64,000 nt of DNA. Source: an uncultured Gemmatimonadales bacterium (lineage in GTDB: Bacteria; Gemmatimonadota; Gemmatimonadetes; Gemmatimonadales; GWC2-71-9). The stretch is taken from positions 160,001 through 224,000 of the forward strand of contig CAWJIM010000019.1 in the NCBI GenBank assembly GCA_963842945.1, in the 5' to 3' direction. The notes under the pieces are model-generated. The model was not told the origin of the DNA, searched no databases, and worked only from the letters and a program-made list of their open reading frames with translations. Of the stretch, positions 52,699 through 64,000 are shown piece by piece. The translations under genes were made by a program, and so were the position numbers. Each line of letters opens with the position of its first letter. Position 1 is the first letter of the stretch.

Positions 52699-54279
52699 CC
52701 TACCCGGTCGATGCCGCTCTGCTTCAGCTCCAGCGTGAATACCTGGGGTCCATGCCGCAGAAGCTCGACGAACTGAGATCCGACATCGCCGCGCTCGGCA
52801 GCGGTGCCGAGGCAGAACATACGCTGCGAGACCGGCTTCACCGCCTCGCCGGCTCGGGAGGCTCATTTGGCTTCTCCGAGTTGAGCGGTATTGCGCGGGA
52901 GGGGGAACGGTGGCTCGCCGCCAACCCGGGCTCGACCGACACCGCAAGTCTGTCTTCCCTGGTCGAGCGGCTCGGGGCCGCCGTCCGCAGAGCCGAGGCC
53001 CAGCTCGCCGGAGTGGCCGCGGGAGAGAAGTCTTCGCTGACTCCACGGGCCCTAGCTGGTCATGCGGGCCACTCCGCAGCGGGAGCGGATTGCCCAGGAG
53101 TTACGGCGGGCGGGATACGAGGTTCGATTCGGCGAACGGCGGGAGGATCCTGGCTCGATCCCCACAGAGGAGCTGCCCCACTTGGTGATCATCGGGGGTG
53201 AGGCGGGCGACGGCGACCTGTCAGCCGTCGCCTCCAGCTGGACCAGCAGTGCCGATAGACGTCCTGGTGCAGTCGTGCTGGTGGAGACGCTGCGGCCGGT
53301 CGACCGGCTTCGGGCCATAGCGGCAGGAGTGGATGCGGTGTTTCCCGCGGAGCAGGTGGAGCAGAAGCTGCCGCGCTACGCCCGGACCTTTGCCCGCATT
53401 GGTCCGCCTCCGTCGAACGTTGTGCTGGTCGAGCCCGATCCGGACCGGGCCGGCCGAATCTCAACCGCTCTCGACGGAGCGCATATACGGGTGACCTGCA
53501 ACGCACCCTCTCAATCCGTCACCGAAGCGCTGGACCGCGAGTCGCCAGATCTGCTCCTGCTGAGCACTCGTCTCAAAGATTCCGATGCCTTCGCCCTGGC
53601 CCGGATGATACGCCAGGACGCCCGCTACCATCTCTTGCCAATCGTCTTTGTGGGTGAGGACACAACGGCGGAGCGGGTCGCGGCACTCCGGGCCGGCGCC
53701 GACGATTTCGTGTCCGCCAACTCCGATTCTGCCTTGCTGGTCCAGACCGTGATCGCCCGCGCGGCCCGGGGCCGTAGAATCCGTGAGATGGTGCACCGGG
53801 ACGGGCTGACCGGTCTGCTCAATCACGCCACCCTTATGACGGAGCTGGAAGGCGCAGTGGATTTCAGCCGCCGTTACGGCGAGCCATTGGCCTTCGTGAT
53901 CTTCGAGCTGGCAGGATTCAAACATTTGGGCGAGCGTCTCGGGCCGCGAGCGGGGGATGAAGTGCTCCTCCATGCAGCCGGAGTGTTTCGCTCCAATGTG
54001 CGAGCCAGTGATGTGATCGGCCGCTACGGGGTGGAAGCGTTCGGAATGCTGCTCCGGGGAGCCAATGCCGGTGGCGCCAGCGTTCTGGCCCAGAACCTCC
54101 ACCGGGCGCTGAGTGAACAACCGGCCCGAACCTCCGGCGGCGAGCTGGTACCTATCGAAGTGAACGCGGGAGCCGCCGTCTTCCCCCGTGACGGGACTAC
54201 GCCGGCGGAGCTAGCCCAGGCCGCGGAGATGGGGGTGAGAAAGGCGGGGCAGCGGGGCGGAAGGGCAGCGGGGCAGTAA
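52695..54279 (+). CDS. Hpt - receiver-like - degenerate GGDEF protein; apparent frameshift ~53054
   Basis: LHRLAGSGGSFGF (Hpt), two REC-like domains (AGADDF), DGLTGLLN and RASDVIGRYGVEAF. Confidence 0.8.
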
Positions 54280-54281
54280 GT

Positions 54282-54321
54282 ACAAAAACCCTCCCAGACG
54301 TATGTCCGGGAGGGTCTTTGT
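54282..54321. terminator. Bidirectional terminator between the GGDEF gene and lon
   Basis: ACAAAAACCCTCCCAGAC-GTAT-GTCCGGGAGGGTCTTTGT, flanked by GCGGGGCA octamer repeats and their complement. Confidence 0.75.
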
Positions 54322-54345
54322 GCTGTCAGCCCGCTGCCCCGCTTG

Positions 54346-56919
54346 TTAGTGCCTGAACCCAACCGCCGAAAGCGGGAGCACGTCACGCGGGTTTTTCTCG
54401 TCGCCGAAGAGCAGGCGTCCCTCGCGGAACGTGGCGCCGCGGAGCGTGAAGGCAAGAACTTCGCCCAGCTCCTGAACCAGGAATACTTCGATCTTGTCGC
54501 GAACCTCGCGCGGCAGATCCTCCAGGTCCGGCTCGTTCTCCTTGGGCAGAATGATCTTGTTGATTCCTGCCCGCACCGCGCCAAGTACCTTCTCCTTGAC
54601 GCCTCCGATGGGAAGCACCCGGCCCCGAAGGGTGATCTCTCCGGTCATGGCAATGTCATGTCGCACAGGCCTGCCCGAGAGGGTAGACACCACCGCAGAT
54701 GCCATGGTGACACCGGCGGAGGGCCCATCCTTCGGAATCGCTCCTGCCGGCACGTGGATGTGAATGTCCCGATCGAACATGTCATCCGCAATCTGCAGTG
54801 CCGCTGCGTGGGACCGGGCGTAGGTCCAGGCGGCGCGGGCAGACTCCTTCATGACATCGCCCAGCTGACCGGTGAGGACCAGCTCGCCCTTACCCCGCAT
54901 GGTTGACGCCTCGACGAACATGATGTCGCCGCCCGTGGGCGTGTAGTACATGCCGGTAGCCACGCCGACTTCGTCTTCCCGCGCCATCTTCTCCGGGTGC
55001 ACCTTGGGCCGGCCCAGCAGATCGTCCACCTGCTCGCGGTCGATGGTTATTTGCTCCACTTCGCGCGTGGCGATCTTTCGAGCCACCTTCCTGGCCAGCC
55101 GTCCGATCTCCCGCTCCAGCTGCCGTACGCCGGACTCCCGGGTGTAGCTGGTGATTACCTCCGAGAGCGCCTCATCGGTAATCGTGAGTTGCTCCGGGCT
55201 CACCCCATTCTCCGTGAACTGCCGGGGGATGAGGTATTTCCGCGCGATCTCGCGCTTCTCCCGCTCGGTGTAGCCGGCAAACTCGACCACTTCCATCCGG
55301 TCCAGGAGGGGCCCCGGGATGTTCTGAATGAAGTTTGCCGTAGCAATGAAGAGCACCTCACTCAGGTTGAAGGGCACGCCGAGGTAGTGATCCACGAACG
55401 TATCGTTCTGCGCCGGGTCCAGAACTTCCAGCAGCGCACTCGCCGGATCGCCCTGGAAGGAGATGCCGAGCTTATCTACCTCGTCCAGCAGGAACACAGG
55501 ATTCTTTGTGCCGGCCTGCTTCATCCCCTGGATGATCCGGCCAGGCATCGCTCCGACGTAGGTGCGGCGGTGGCCGCGCACGTCGGCTTCATCCCGGGCG
55601 CCGCCCAGCGAGATTCGGACGTACTTCCGGCCCATGGCCCGGGCGATGGACTTGGCAACCGAGGTCTTGCCCACACCCGGAGGTCCCACGAACAGCAGGA
55701 TCGGACCCTTGGCAATGCGGTCATCCTCGTTGCCCTTGGGCGGTGTGTTGGGCGGTGGAACGGTGGCGGTGGCCTGCGGCGCATCGGTCGACTCACCGGC
55801 GGCAACCTCCTCCGCTTTGTGCTCGGCTTTTGCCTCTTCGAGTGAGCCGGTGCCATCCGCCATTCCATCGTTCCGCCGCTCCGCCTCTTCCTGCTGCTCC
55901 CGAAGCTGGCGGACCGCCAGGAACTCGAGCACCCGGTCTTTCACGTCGCCCAGGGCGTAGTGGTCCTCGTCCAGGATGCGCTGAGCTTCCGGAAGGTCGA
56001 GGTGTTCCTTGCTCCGCTCGTTCCAGGGGAGCTCGGCAATGTTCTCCAGGAAGGTGCGGATGACCTGGGACTCCATGGACTCCCGCCCGATGCGGGTCAG
56101 CCGGCTGAACTCCCGGTCCACTTCCTTGCGAGCCTCGGCCGGCAATTCGAGCGCCTCCAGCTTCTCCTTCAGCTCCTGGAGATCGTCCCGCTCATCGCCT
56201 TCACCCAGCTCCCGCTGAATGGTCTTGAGCTGCTCCCGAAGGAACATCTCCCGCTGCCGCTCGCCCAGCTCTTCCTGGACCTGGGATTTGATGTCTTCCT
56301 GGGCATCCAGCACACCGATTTGCCGCTGCATGTGGACCAGCACCCGGCGGAGCCGCTCCTCCACGCTCAGCGTTTCCAACAGCATCTGCCGCTGGGCCGG
56401 CGTGATGTCGATGTAGCCCGCCACCAGGTCCGCGAATTTGCCGGCCTCGTTGACTCCGGCCAGTACCTGCTGCACCACCTCATCCGGCAAGCCGGACTTC
56501 TGGCCCAGTTCGGCCGCACGGGCCCGAGCCTCGCGATGCAGCGCGACGAACGCAGGATCCTGAGGATTGAGCGGCTGCATCTCTTCGGCCTCACGCACGA
56601 TGGCCTGGAGGTAGCCGTCCCGCTCGGTGTAGTGGATGGCGATGCCCCGCTGCTCTCCATTGAGCAGCAGCTGCATGCCCGATAGCCCGCGCTGCAACTG
56701 GCCAATGCGGGCGATGGTTCCGATGGTATAGAGCGCCTCGGAGGTCACGCTTTCCACGTTCTGCCGCTGCGACACCGCAAAGACCAGCCGATCGCCCGCA
56801 AGGGCGGCTTCGATGGCGCGCAGTGTTGCCGGACGGCCGGCACCGATGGGTGCCGTGACCCCGGGGAAGAGAACGACTTCTCTCAGGGGAAGAACGGGCA
56901 GTGTCAATCGTTCGGCCAT
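54346..56919 (-). CDS. lon: ATP-dependent Lon protease
   Basis: [46 protein letters not shown] and PIGGVKEK. Confidence 0.97.
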   Translation of the reverse strand: MAERLTLPVLPLREVVLFPGVTAPIGAGRPATLRAIEAALAGDRLVFAVSQRQNVESVTSEALYTIGTIARIGQLQRGLSGMQLLLNGEQRGIAIHYTERDGYLQAIVREAEEMQPLNPQDPAFVALHREARARAAELGQKSGLPDEVVQQVLAGVNEAGKFADLVAGYIDITPAQRQMLLETLSVEERLRRVLVHMQRQIGVLDAQEDIKSQVQEELGERQREMFLREQLKTIQRELGEGDERDDLQELKEKLEALELPAEARKEVDREFSRLTRIGRESMESQVIRTFLENIAELPWNERSKEHLDLPEAQRILDEDHYALGDVKDRVLEFLAVRQLREQQEEAERRNDGMADGTGSLEEAKAEHKAEEVAAGESTDAPQATATVPPPNTPPKGNEDDRIAKGPILLFVGPPGVGKTSVAKSIARAMGRKYVRISLGGARDEADVRGHRRTYVGAMPGRIIQGMKQAGTKNPVFLLDEVDKLGISFQGDPASALLEVLDPAQNDTFVDHYLGVPFNLSEVLFIATANFIQNIPGPLLDRMEVVEFAGYTEREKREIARKYLIPRQFTENGVSPEQLTITDEALSEVITSYTRESGVRQLEREIGRLARKVARKIATREVEQITIDREQVDDLLGRPKVHPEKMAREDEVGVATGMYYTPTGGDIMFVEASTMRGKGELVLTGQLGDVMKESARAAWTYARSHAAALQIADDMFDRDIHIHVPAGAIPKDGPSAGVTMASAVVSTLSGRPVRHDIAMTGEITLRGRVLPIGGVKEKVLGAVRAGINKIILPKENEPDLEDLPREVRDKIEVFLVQELGEVLAFTLRGATFREGRLLFGDEKNPRDVLPLSAVGFRH

Positions 56920-56990
56920 TTAAGGCCCTCCTTACATAGCCCCAATCTGGGGCAAGAATGACAGACTCACAAACAGATCGGCCAGGCAAG

Positions 56991-57006
56991 TGCACCGACC
57001 GTGCCA
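56991..57006 (-). promoter_or_regulatory. Sigma-54 promoter upstream of lon
   Basis: Minus strand TGGCAC-GGTCG-GTGCA (GG-N10-GC), ~70 bp upstream of the start. Confidence 0.6.
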
Positions 57007-57282
57007 GCCCATCTCTGTCCTATCATGGGTTTGAGCACTCGTTTAAAAGGATTTAGCAGGTCTATAAGTTCCCGTCCGACGTTCTGGCGGGTGCCTCCAG
57101 CCCTTACGGCTCAAGTGAGTTGGAATGCTGCCAGAATGGCCCAGCAGCGCCCAGTCCCCGGTTCCTCAGACCCGAGCCAAACCGTAGGAACTGCCACCAC
57201 TCTCGACTCCCGACTCCCTTGGGTACAGATTGTTTGCCATGCTGGGAAATCTCGCCTTCCATCCTTCCCCAGCGCCGACCGC

Positions 57283-59175
57283 ATGACGGCGCCGCACGAT
57301 AGACCCCTCGCGGCTCGTTTGGCCGAGGCTTTGGGAGACGCCTATACCATCGAGGGTGAGGTCGGGCGTGGCGGAATGGGCGTGGTGTATCGCGCCCGTG
57401 ACGAGCGGCTCCAACGGCGGGTCGCCATCAAGGTGCTTCCCCCCGAGCTGGCCTTTCAGCAGGACATCCGGCAGCGATTTACCCGGGAGGCTCAGACTGC
57501 GGCGCGGCTGTCTCACCCGCACATCGTCCCGATCCACTCGGTCGGTGAAGCCCAGGGTCTGGTCTACTTCGTCATGGGCTATGTGGACGGCGAATCGCTC
57601 GCCGCCCGGGTCCGCCGGCGGGGACCGCTGCCGGTCGAAGAGGTCCGCCGGATCATGAAGGAAACCGCCGACGCGCTCAGCGCCGCCCACGCGCTCTCAG
57701 TCATCCACCGCGACATCAAGGCCGACAACATCCTGCTCGAGGGAACTCGGGGCCGGGTCATGGTCACCGACTTCGGGATCGCGAAGGCGCTCTCGGCGTC
57801 CTCGGGTGCCACGCTTACCGGCGTTGGCGTGGCCATAGGCACTCCCGCCTTCATGAGCCCGGAACAGGCCGCCGGTGAGCGCAACATCGACGGGCGCTCC
57901 GATCTATACAGCCTCGGCGTGGTCACCTACCAGATGCTGACCGGCAAGCTCCCCTTCAATGCCCCGTCCGTGGCCGGCATCCTGATGAAGCAGATCACCG
58001 AGCCGGCGCCCGACATCCGGCTACTTCGGCCGGATATACCGGAGGACCTGGCGCTCGCGGTGGCCCGCTGCCTGGAGAAGGATCCGGAGAGCCGCTGGCC
58101 AACGGCGGATGCGCTCCGCCGTGCACTGGAGACCCGGAATGTGGGGGACTACCAGCCGACTGGTGCGCGGCGAGCCGGCACGGCGGGACAGCGGGGCAGC
58201 GGGGCAGAGTTCGGGCGGGGTAGCTCCCGGGTTCCGGATTCCAGGACCGGCCGCGGAAATCGCCCCCCCCATCCGGGCGGCGGCCCGGTCGCGCGGTTGC
58301 CCGACAGTGCGCTGTCCCGATCCCAACGTCGGGCGGCCCGGCGAGATCGGCAGGGCTTGGAGATTCCTGACACCGGCGAGCCCAAGATCATCCAGAAAGT
58401 CCGGGGTCAGTTCGCCAGTTGGGCGGCAGTCAGCGCCGGGTGCATGGGGATCAACGTCGCCACTGGGCTGGAACACCCCTGGTTCCTCTTCCCGATGTTC
58501 GGAATGGGCATTGGGCTGATGCGGAACTATGCCACCCTGTGGTCGGCTGGTTATAGCTGGCGGGACGTGTTGAAGCGTCCGCCGGCCCCCGATGCCGTCG
58601 AGACGACGATGATCGGAGGCAAGGCTCCCCGGCAGCTGCCGGTTCCCGATATCGAGGAGTACGGGTCCCAGCTCCCGGCAGTGCTGCAGGTGCACGGCGA
58701 CCGGCAGGCCATTCTCAAGCTGTTGTCCAAGCTGCCGGCATCCGAGCGCAAGATGCTGCCTGAAGTCCAGCAAACCGTCGATGCCCTGTACTCCAGGGCC
58801 ACCGACCTGGCCAAGACCCTGCACGCCATGGACAGCAACCTGGACACCGACGGTCTGGCAGCCATCGACGAGCGGATCGCCGGCCTCTCCCGGGAGCCGG
58901 ACGACCCGGAGCGAGCCCGCCGCCTCAATCTGCTCGAGCGGCAGAAGCAGACCATCTCGGATCTGCGAGGCCGCCGGGGCCAGGTCGCCGGCCATCTCGA
59001 GTCCTGCGTGCTGGCAATGCAGAATGTGCGCTTCGATTTGTTGCGGCTACGCTCGGCGGGAGTGGCGGCGGTGCTGGGCGATCTCACTCAGGCGACTCAG
59101 CAGGCGAGGTCTCTCTCCCGCGACGTGGACAACGTGATCGCCGCCGCCGGCGAGATTCGAGAAGTCATGAAATAG
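57283..59175 (+). CDS. Hanks-type Ser/Thr protein kinase with two hydrophobic segments and helical C-terminus
   Basis: GRGGMGVVY, VAIK, HRDIKADN, DFG, GTPAFMSPEQ and SDLYSLG. Confidence 0.92.
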   Translation: MTAPHDRPLAARLAEALGDAYTIEGEVGRGGMGVVYRARDERLQRRVAIKVLPPELAFQQDIRQRFTREAQTAARLSHPHIVPIHSVGEAQGLVYFVMGYVDGESLAARVRRRGPLPVEEVRRIMKETADALSAAHALSVIHRDIKADNILLEGTRGRVMVTDFGIAKALSASSGATLTGVGVAIGTPAFMSPEQAAGERNIDGRSDLYSLGVVTYQMLTGKLPFNAPSVAGILMKQITEPAPDIRLLRPDIPEDLALAVARCLEKDPESRWPTADALRRALETRNVGDYQPTGARRAGTAGQRGSGAEFGRGSSRVPDSRTGRGNRPPHPGGGPVARLPDSALSRSQRRAARRDRQGLEIPDTGEPKIIQKVRGQFASWAAVSAGCMGINVATGLEHPWFLFPMFGMGIGLMRNYATLWSAGYSWRDVLKRPPAPDAVETTMIGGKAPRQLPVPDIEEYGSQLPAVLQVHGDRQAILKLLSKLPASERKMLPEVQQTVDALYSRATDLAKTLHAMDSNLDTDGLAAIDERIAGLSREPDDPERARRLNLLERQKQTISDLRGRRGQVAGHLESCVLAMQNVRFDLLRLRSAGVAAVLGDLTQATQQARSLSRDVDNVIAAAGEIREVMK

Positions 59176-59212
59176 CGCTATTGACTGGCGAGTGTCTCCA
59201 CCATACTCATGT

Positions 59213-59437
59213 AGGGCACTCCGTCAGAAGGGAGGGGCAGCGGCACTCACCCAGCGCAGGGTACCCCACAAAGTGCGTGCCGGCATATGAACCGACTCAC
59301 CCACAATCACACGTAGCATCGAACAAGCAGACCGTAGGTCAGTGTGGACTGAGCAAACGTCCACACGCACAGCGGCATAATCGTCGCTAGCCGATTGGCA
59401 ACGGGGCCCGGACAAGATCCGGGCCCCGATTCGTTTT
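59213..59437 (+). ncRNA. Candidate stand-alone structured small RNA
   Basis: TTGACT...CATACT-like promoter (15-nt spacer) at 59181-59207, a run of hairpins, then a terminator. Lies between convergent genes. Confidence 0.35.
59402..59437. terminator. Intrinsic terminator-like hairpin
   Basis: CGGGGCCCGGA-CAAGA-TCCGGGCCCCG then ATTCGTTTT. Confidence 0.75.
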
Positions 59438-59466
59438 CAGCGGAGTGTCGAGGGGAAATCCGGCTG

Positions 59467-61593
59467 CTAAAAGGCCAGGATCTCCTCCATCGCCTTCTTG
59501 AGACTCTCCACCTGCGGCAGAATCACATCCTCCAGCTCCGGCGCATAGGCAACGAAGGTATCGGTGGCCGCAACCCGCCTGACCGGCGCATCCAGGAACG
59601 CGAAAGTCTCGTCGGCAATCCGGGCGGCGATCTCCGCTCCGTAGCCCCAGCTCAAGGAGTCCTCATAGGCCACAATCACCCGGCTGGTCTTCCGAATCGA
59701 CTCATAGATCGTGTCCCAGTCCACCGGTGAGAGCGAACGCAGGTCGATCACCTCGACGCTCAGGCCCTGCTGATCCTCCAGGGCCTTGGCGGCCATCAAG
59801 GTCCGCTGAACCACGGCGCCGTAGGTGACCACCGTCAGATCGCTGCCGGTCCGCACCACCTTGGCCTTCCCGAAGGGAATCATGAAATTCGGGCCGGGGT
59901 TCGGAGCCTTGTTGTAGGTCTGGCGGTAGAGGTGTTTGTGCTCCAGGAACATCACGGGGTCGTCGCAACGAATGGCGGTACGGAGCAGCCCGTTGGCGTC
60001 GAGCGAAGTGGAGGGACAGATGACCCGGAGACCGGGAACGCCGGTAAAGACCGCGGCGCCGGTTTGAGAGTGGTAGACCGACCCGCCTTTGAGGTACCCG
60101 CCGTAGGTCACTCGCACCACCAAGGGAGCGGCAAAGGCGTTGTTCGAGCGCCAGCGCATCAGGGCGAGCTCATTGCGGAGCTGCATATACGCGGGCCAGA
60201 TGTAGTCGAAGAACTGAATCTCCACCACCGGCTTCAATCCCCGGGTGGCCAATCCAATCGCCCGCCCGATGATGTTGGCCTCGGCCAGCGGTGAGTTGTA
60301 GACCCGTTCACTGCCGAAGGCGCGTTGCAGTCCCCAGGTCACCTTGAACACCCCACCCTTCCCTTTGACGTCTCCGAGATGCTCTTCCCGGCTGCAGTCC
60401 GCCACGTCCTCGCCGAAGATCACGATCCGGGGGTCGCGGGACATCTCGTCCCGCAGGCAGATGTTGAGCAGGTCCACCATGGTGGTGGGATCGCCGGTGA
60501 ACTTGGGATCGTCTTCGGTATCGAACTGCTCGGAGGTCGGATCGACGTCAGGCGAGTAGACGTACTGGTAGATCGTTTCGGGCCCCGGTTGAGGCGAGGC
60601 CAGCGCTGCATCTGTCGCCCGCTGCACCTCTTCATCCACCTGCCGGGCCACGGCGTCCAGCTCATCCTGGGTGACCAGCCCCTGAGCCAGGAGGTACTTG
60701 GGGAATCGGGTGACGGGGTCGCGCTCCGCGTCGGCCTGCCGCTCGGCCGACGGGCGATAATGGACTTCGTCGTCCGACAGGGAATGGCTATAGGGACGGA
60801 TCACGTGCGCGTGGACCAGGGCGGGACCCTTCCGGGCGCGAGCGTACTCGGCAGCCTTGGTCAGGACCTCCAGCGAGGCCATCACGTCACAGCCGTCCAC
60901 CTCCTGGATGAACAGGCCGGGGAAGCCGGTAAGCAGCTTGGAAATGGAGCCGCCCGGGGTGTTCACCTCGACCGGGACTGAGATGGCGTAGCCGTTGTCT
61001 TCCACCAGGAACACGACCGGAAGCTTGAGGTTGGTGGCGCTGCTCAGCGCCTCCCAGAACTCGCCCTCGCTGGTGGTGCCATCACCGGTGGTGCAAAGCA
61101 CGACTTCGTCGCCCCGGATCAGCTGCTGCTTGTCCTCAATACCCTCGATCCGCGAATACCTGAGCCACGCCTCGGCGCATCCGACCGCCTGGAGAAACTG
61201 GGTGCCGGTAGGGCTGGAGGCGCTGACGATGTTCAGGTCCTTGTGCCCCCAGTGGGAGGGCATCTGCCGGCCACCCGAGTTGGGATCGGCGGCGGCACCT
61301 ACGGCGGAGAGCAGCTGCTCGGTTGGGGTCATTCCCAGGCCGAGGCAGAGGGCTCGATCTCTATAGTAGGTGTAAAACCAGTCGTAGGCGGGACGAAACA
61401 CTCGGGAGGCGGCGGCGAGCACGGCTTCGTGGCCGGCCCCGGATATCTGAAAGAAGATCTTGTTCTGACGCTTGAGCTGGATCTCCTTGTCGTCGATCCG
61501 CCGGGCCAGCAGCATAAGCCGGTGGATGTCGAGGAGATCGGATTTTTCGAGTTTGAGGGGGCCTTTGGTGCGGCCCGATGTGCGTGTGGCCAT
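59467..61593 (-). CDS. 2-oxoacid (probably branched-chain) dehydrogenase E1, fused alpha/beta
   Basis: [20 protein letters not shown] (TPP motif), HSLSDD, GEDV..GGVF, EIQFFDY, FLEHK and VIDLRSL. Confidence 0.92.
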   Translation of the reverse strand: MATRTSGRTKGPLKLEKSDLLDIHRLMLLARRIDDKEIQLKRQNKIFFQISGAGHEAVLAAASRVFRPAYDWFYTYYRDRALCLGLGMTPTEQLLSAVGAAADPNSGGRQMPSHWGHKDLNIVSASSPTGTQFLQAVGCAEAWLRYSRIEGIEDKQQLIRGDEVVLCTTGDGTTSEGEFWEALSSATNLKLPVVFLVEDNGYAISVPVEVNTPGGSISKLLTGFPGLFIQEVDGCDVMASLEVLTKAAEYARARKGPALVHAHVIRPYSHSLSDDEVHYRPSAERQADAERDPVTRFPKYLLAQGLVTQDELDAVARQVDEEVQRATDAALASPQPGPETIYQYVYSPDVDPTSEQFDTEDDPKFTGDPTTMVDLLNICLRDEMSRDPRIVIFGEDVADCSREEHLGDVKGKGGVFKVTWGLQRAFGSERVYNSPLAEANIIGRAIGLATRGLKPVVEIQFFDYIWPAYMQLRNELALMRWRSNNAFAAPLVVRVTYGGYLKGGSVYHSQTGAAVFTGVPGLRVICPSTSLDANGLLRTAIRCDDPVMFLEHKHLYRQTYNKAPNPGPNFMIPFGKAKVVRTGSDLTVVTYGAVVQRTLMAAKALEDQQGLSVEVIDLRSLSPVDWDTIYESIRKTSRVIVAYEDSLSWGYGAEIAARIADETFAFLDAPVRRVAATDTFVAYAPELEDVILPQVESLKKAMEEILAF

Positions 61594-61673
61594 GGAACCC
61601 GGGGTTCGAAAGTCTAGGTCACGCTGCGAACTCCGAAAGATAGCTGGCGGCCGGACGCTCGGGCCAGCGGCTC

Positions 61674-64000
61674 TCAGTTGCTCCAGTCGACCATCTTGAC
61701 CTCGGCGAGCACCCCATCCAGATCGTTGAATTTGAGCGCCTTGGGCTCCGCCGGCATCAGCGGCAGATCGATCTCCGACTTGGGTCCCCGCACCTTTACC
61801 CGAAGCCGCGCTACCCGGTCATTTCCCAGATCGAGGGTCACCGGCACGTACATCTGGAAGTCTTCGGGCACATGTGCCTGCGCAACCTGGAGCTTCACCC
61901 GGTACTGCCCGTTATCTGCCGGGACCGTGCGGTAAGCCACCCGGTAGGTGGGCACATCGCTCCCATAGATCCACTGGTCGAAGAACCAGCCGAGGTCGGT
62001 GCCCAACTGCTTCTCGGCCACCTTACGGAAGTCCTCGGTGGACGCGCGCTTCCCCTTATAGGTCTGATAAAAGTCTCGCATGGTCGCGGTAAAACGATCC
62101 TCGTTCATAGTTTTGAGGTCCAGCATCATGATCCGCAGCATGTGCAGAGCCCAGGCACCCTTGCGATAGACGATCACGCTGTAGCCTGCCTCGTCCATGC
62201 CACTGCTGTTCCGCCATCCCAGCCACACTGGGGCGGGATCATTCCGGCGGTTCATGATGTCTGCTCGCCAGCGTTCCAGCATGTCGTAGTACTTGTGATT
62301 GTCCTTGCGAAAGCGTTGGAGATACCAGAGCCCGGCGAAGCTGGCGAAACCTTCGCTCAGCCATTGCTCATGGTAGGTCGTGTAATCCACACCGAGTCCC
62401 CACCACTGGTGAGCAACTTCGTGGGCCCGGAAAAACTCGTCGAAGCCGTCCTCCTGGGTATTCCGGAATGTCGTCCACGACAGATGAACCAGGCCTGGAA
62501 ATGCCACACCATGGAAGTAAGGCACTTCAGTGGCATAGAAGTGGCCGGCGGGCGCGGTGCCAAACACGCTCTGGAAAAACTTCATGCTGTTCAGGACGTC
62601 CGATCCGACGACTTCCTTCATCTTCCGCTGCGGTCCCGGCCCAGCCTCACCGCCTCTGAGGAGTGCGCGGGTGTACGCCTTGTGGGCGTCGTCCGAAGCC
62701 AACACCGTGATGGGCGGTGCTCCCTCCTGGCGGATCTGATATTCCTTGAATCGGCCGACGTTGAACGCCGCGAACGATACCGGCGTCTTCGTGACCCACC
62801 GAGTAATGATCGTCCGGTTCTCGGCCGTGGAGTCCTTCCGCTCTCCCACACTAGCCAAGACCAGAGAGGACGGCACCCGATAGGTAAGGTCGAAGGTGGC
62901 GAGACTCCTGCCATCGAGCGGAATCGGATACCAGGCCGCCGATGATTTGATGAAGAACCAGTCTCCGAAGCGATCGATGAGATCGCCCCGGTAGAAGAGC
63001 GTCAGCGTCTTGGTCTCTCCAGGGCTCAAGCGACGCTCCAGGTTGACCCAGAGAATCGGGCTCTTCTTCGGCTTCGCGAAGCCCGCGGGGGTTCCCCCTT
63101 CCCATCGAGCAGAGTCAACGTCGAGCTCGTCGAAGAGCCGCAAGGGGACCCACGGTCCAACCGAAGCCTCAGCCGCTACGACAATTCGAGTGGCGGCGCT
63201 GAACCGCACATCACCCATGGCCGTATGCTCGAGATGAGTATCGATGGTGTAGTGGGAAATCCCGACTCGCGGCCGGCGCTCGTAGGTGGAAGCGCGGACC
63301 GTGTCCCCCTGTCTCGGAAATTGACTGATGACCTCCGTCTGTTTCCCAATCCACCGCTTCCTGCGTGCCCGGGTCGCCAACTGAACCGCCTCGTTAAGCC
63401 GGGAGTTCACAGTGAACATCAGGGGGTCTTTCTTCGGGCGTTGGATATGGGCGTAGAAGAGATCCGTAGAGTCCTGGTTCAGAAACGCTTCCATCAGATC
63501 GGGATCGAAGCTGGGGCTGTCATCATCCCGCAGGTATTCGAGAGCGTCCTTGATGGCTCTCGCCGCATCGGGCGACACCGGGCCGTCTCGAAAGCTGAGA
63601 CTCCGCTGCAGCTGAACGGCCGTGGTGTCGGCAAAGAGGAGCACCACCGCATTCAGGGGCGCCACGAGATCCTGGGTTTTCTCAAAGAACGCCAGGCGCT
63701 CGCGCTCCATGCAGTGGGAGGTGCGAAGGAGAAGGTTCCTCTGCCCACGAATACCGCCCCAACCACCCTGCCGCCTACCGGCTTCAGTAGATAGAAATTG
63801 CCGCGCTCGAAGGTGAAGCGACCCACGTCGCGTCTCAGAACCAACTCGCTTACCGCCGCTACCGCCTGCGGCTGCGGTCGCAACGAGACGAGCTCCTCGT
63901 ACAGCCGATCATAGGAGGAGGCTTCCGCCCCCGGAGACACTCCTAGTCCCGAGCCCGCTTGGGCAAACCCTGCTGACAACCAGCCCCACTGCATCAGAAG
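61674..64000 (-). CDS. M1-family aminopeptidase; apparent frameshift ~63712; start at 63994 or beyond window
   Basis: [17 protein letters not shown] (HExxH-x18-E), [12 protein letters not shown] and WFFDQW. The N-terminal part is in ORF 63653..63994. Confidence 0.88.

Noticed and set aside
57001..57282. Upstream extension of the Ser/Thr kinase ORF
   Set aside because: It is non-homologous-looking sequence overlapping the lon promoter region. The kinase domain begins shortly after ATG 57283.

Overview
High-GC bacterial chromosomal window with mostly core and metabolic genes. Gene style suggests Gemmatimonadota, which is inference only. I found no rRNA, tRNA, CRISPR array or intact transposase. 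About 14 single-base frameshifts in 9 otherwise intact genes point to an unpolished long-read assembly. Contents in order: CDP-alcohol transferase, GalU-like and AdoMetDC-like genes; M16 zinc peptidase; TPR protein; a TolC+HlyD pair with no inner-membrane pump; a GxxExxY remnant inside an inverted repeat; a sensor kinase and sigma-54 activator directly ahead of a complete pqqABCDE operon (24-aa pqqA is missing from the ORF track; a -24/-12 promoter and twin palindromes precede it); P5C dehydrogenase; orphan WtpA-like binding protein; PAP2, CutA, YfcC, TrxC, acyl-ACP desaturase and YggT; a SAM-II riboswitch wired to a terminator/antiterminator ahead of metH and a Hcy-methyltransferase/MTHFR fusion; acyl-CoA dehydrogenase; DacB; an unexplained degenerate 21-bp array; subtilase; OPT transporter with a peptidase cluster; non-canonical PolX and Nth; TrmB; Hpt-REC-degenerate GGDEF; Lon; Ser/Thr kinase; a candidate sRNA; 2-oxoacid dehydrogenase E1; and an M1 aminopeptidase. 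All calls come from reading motifs by eye. No database search was run.
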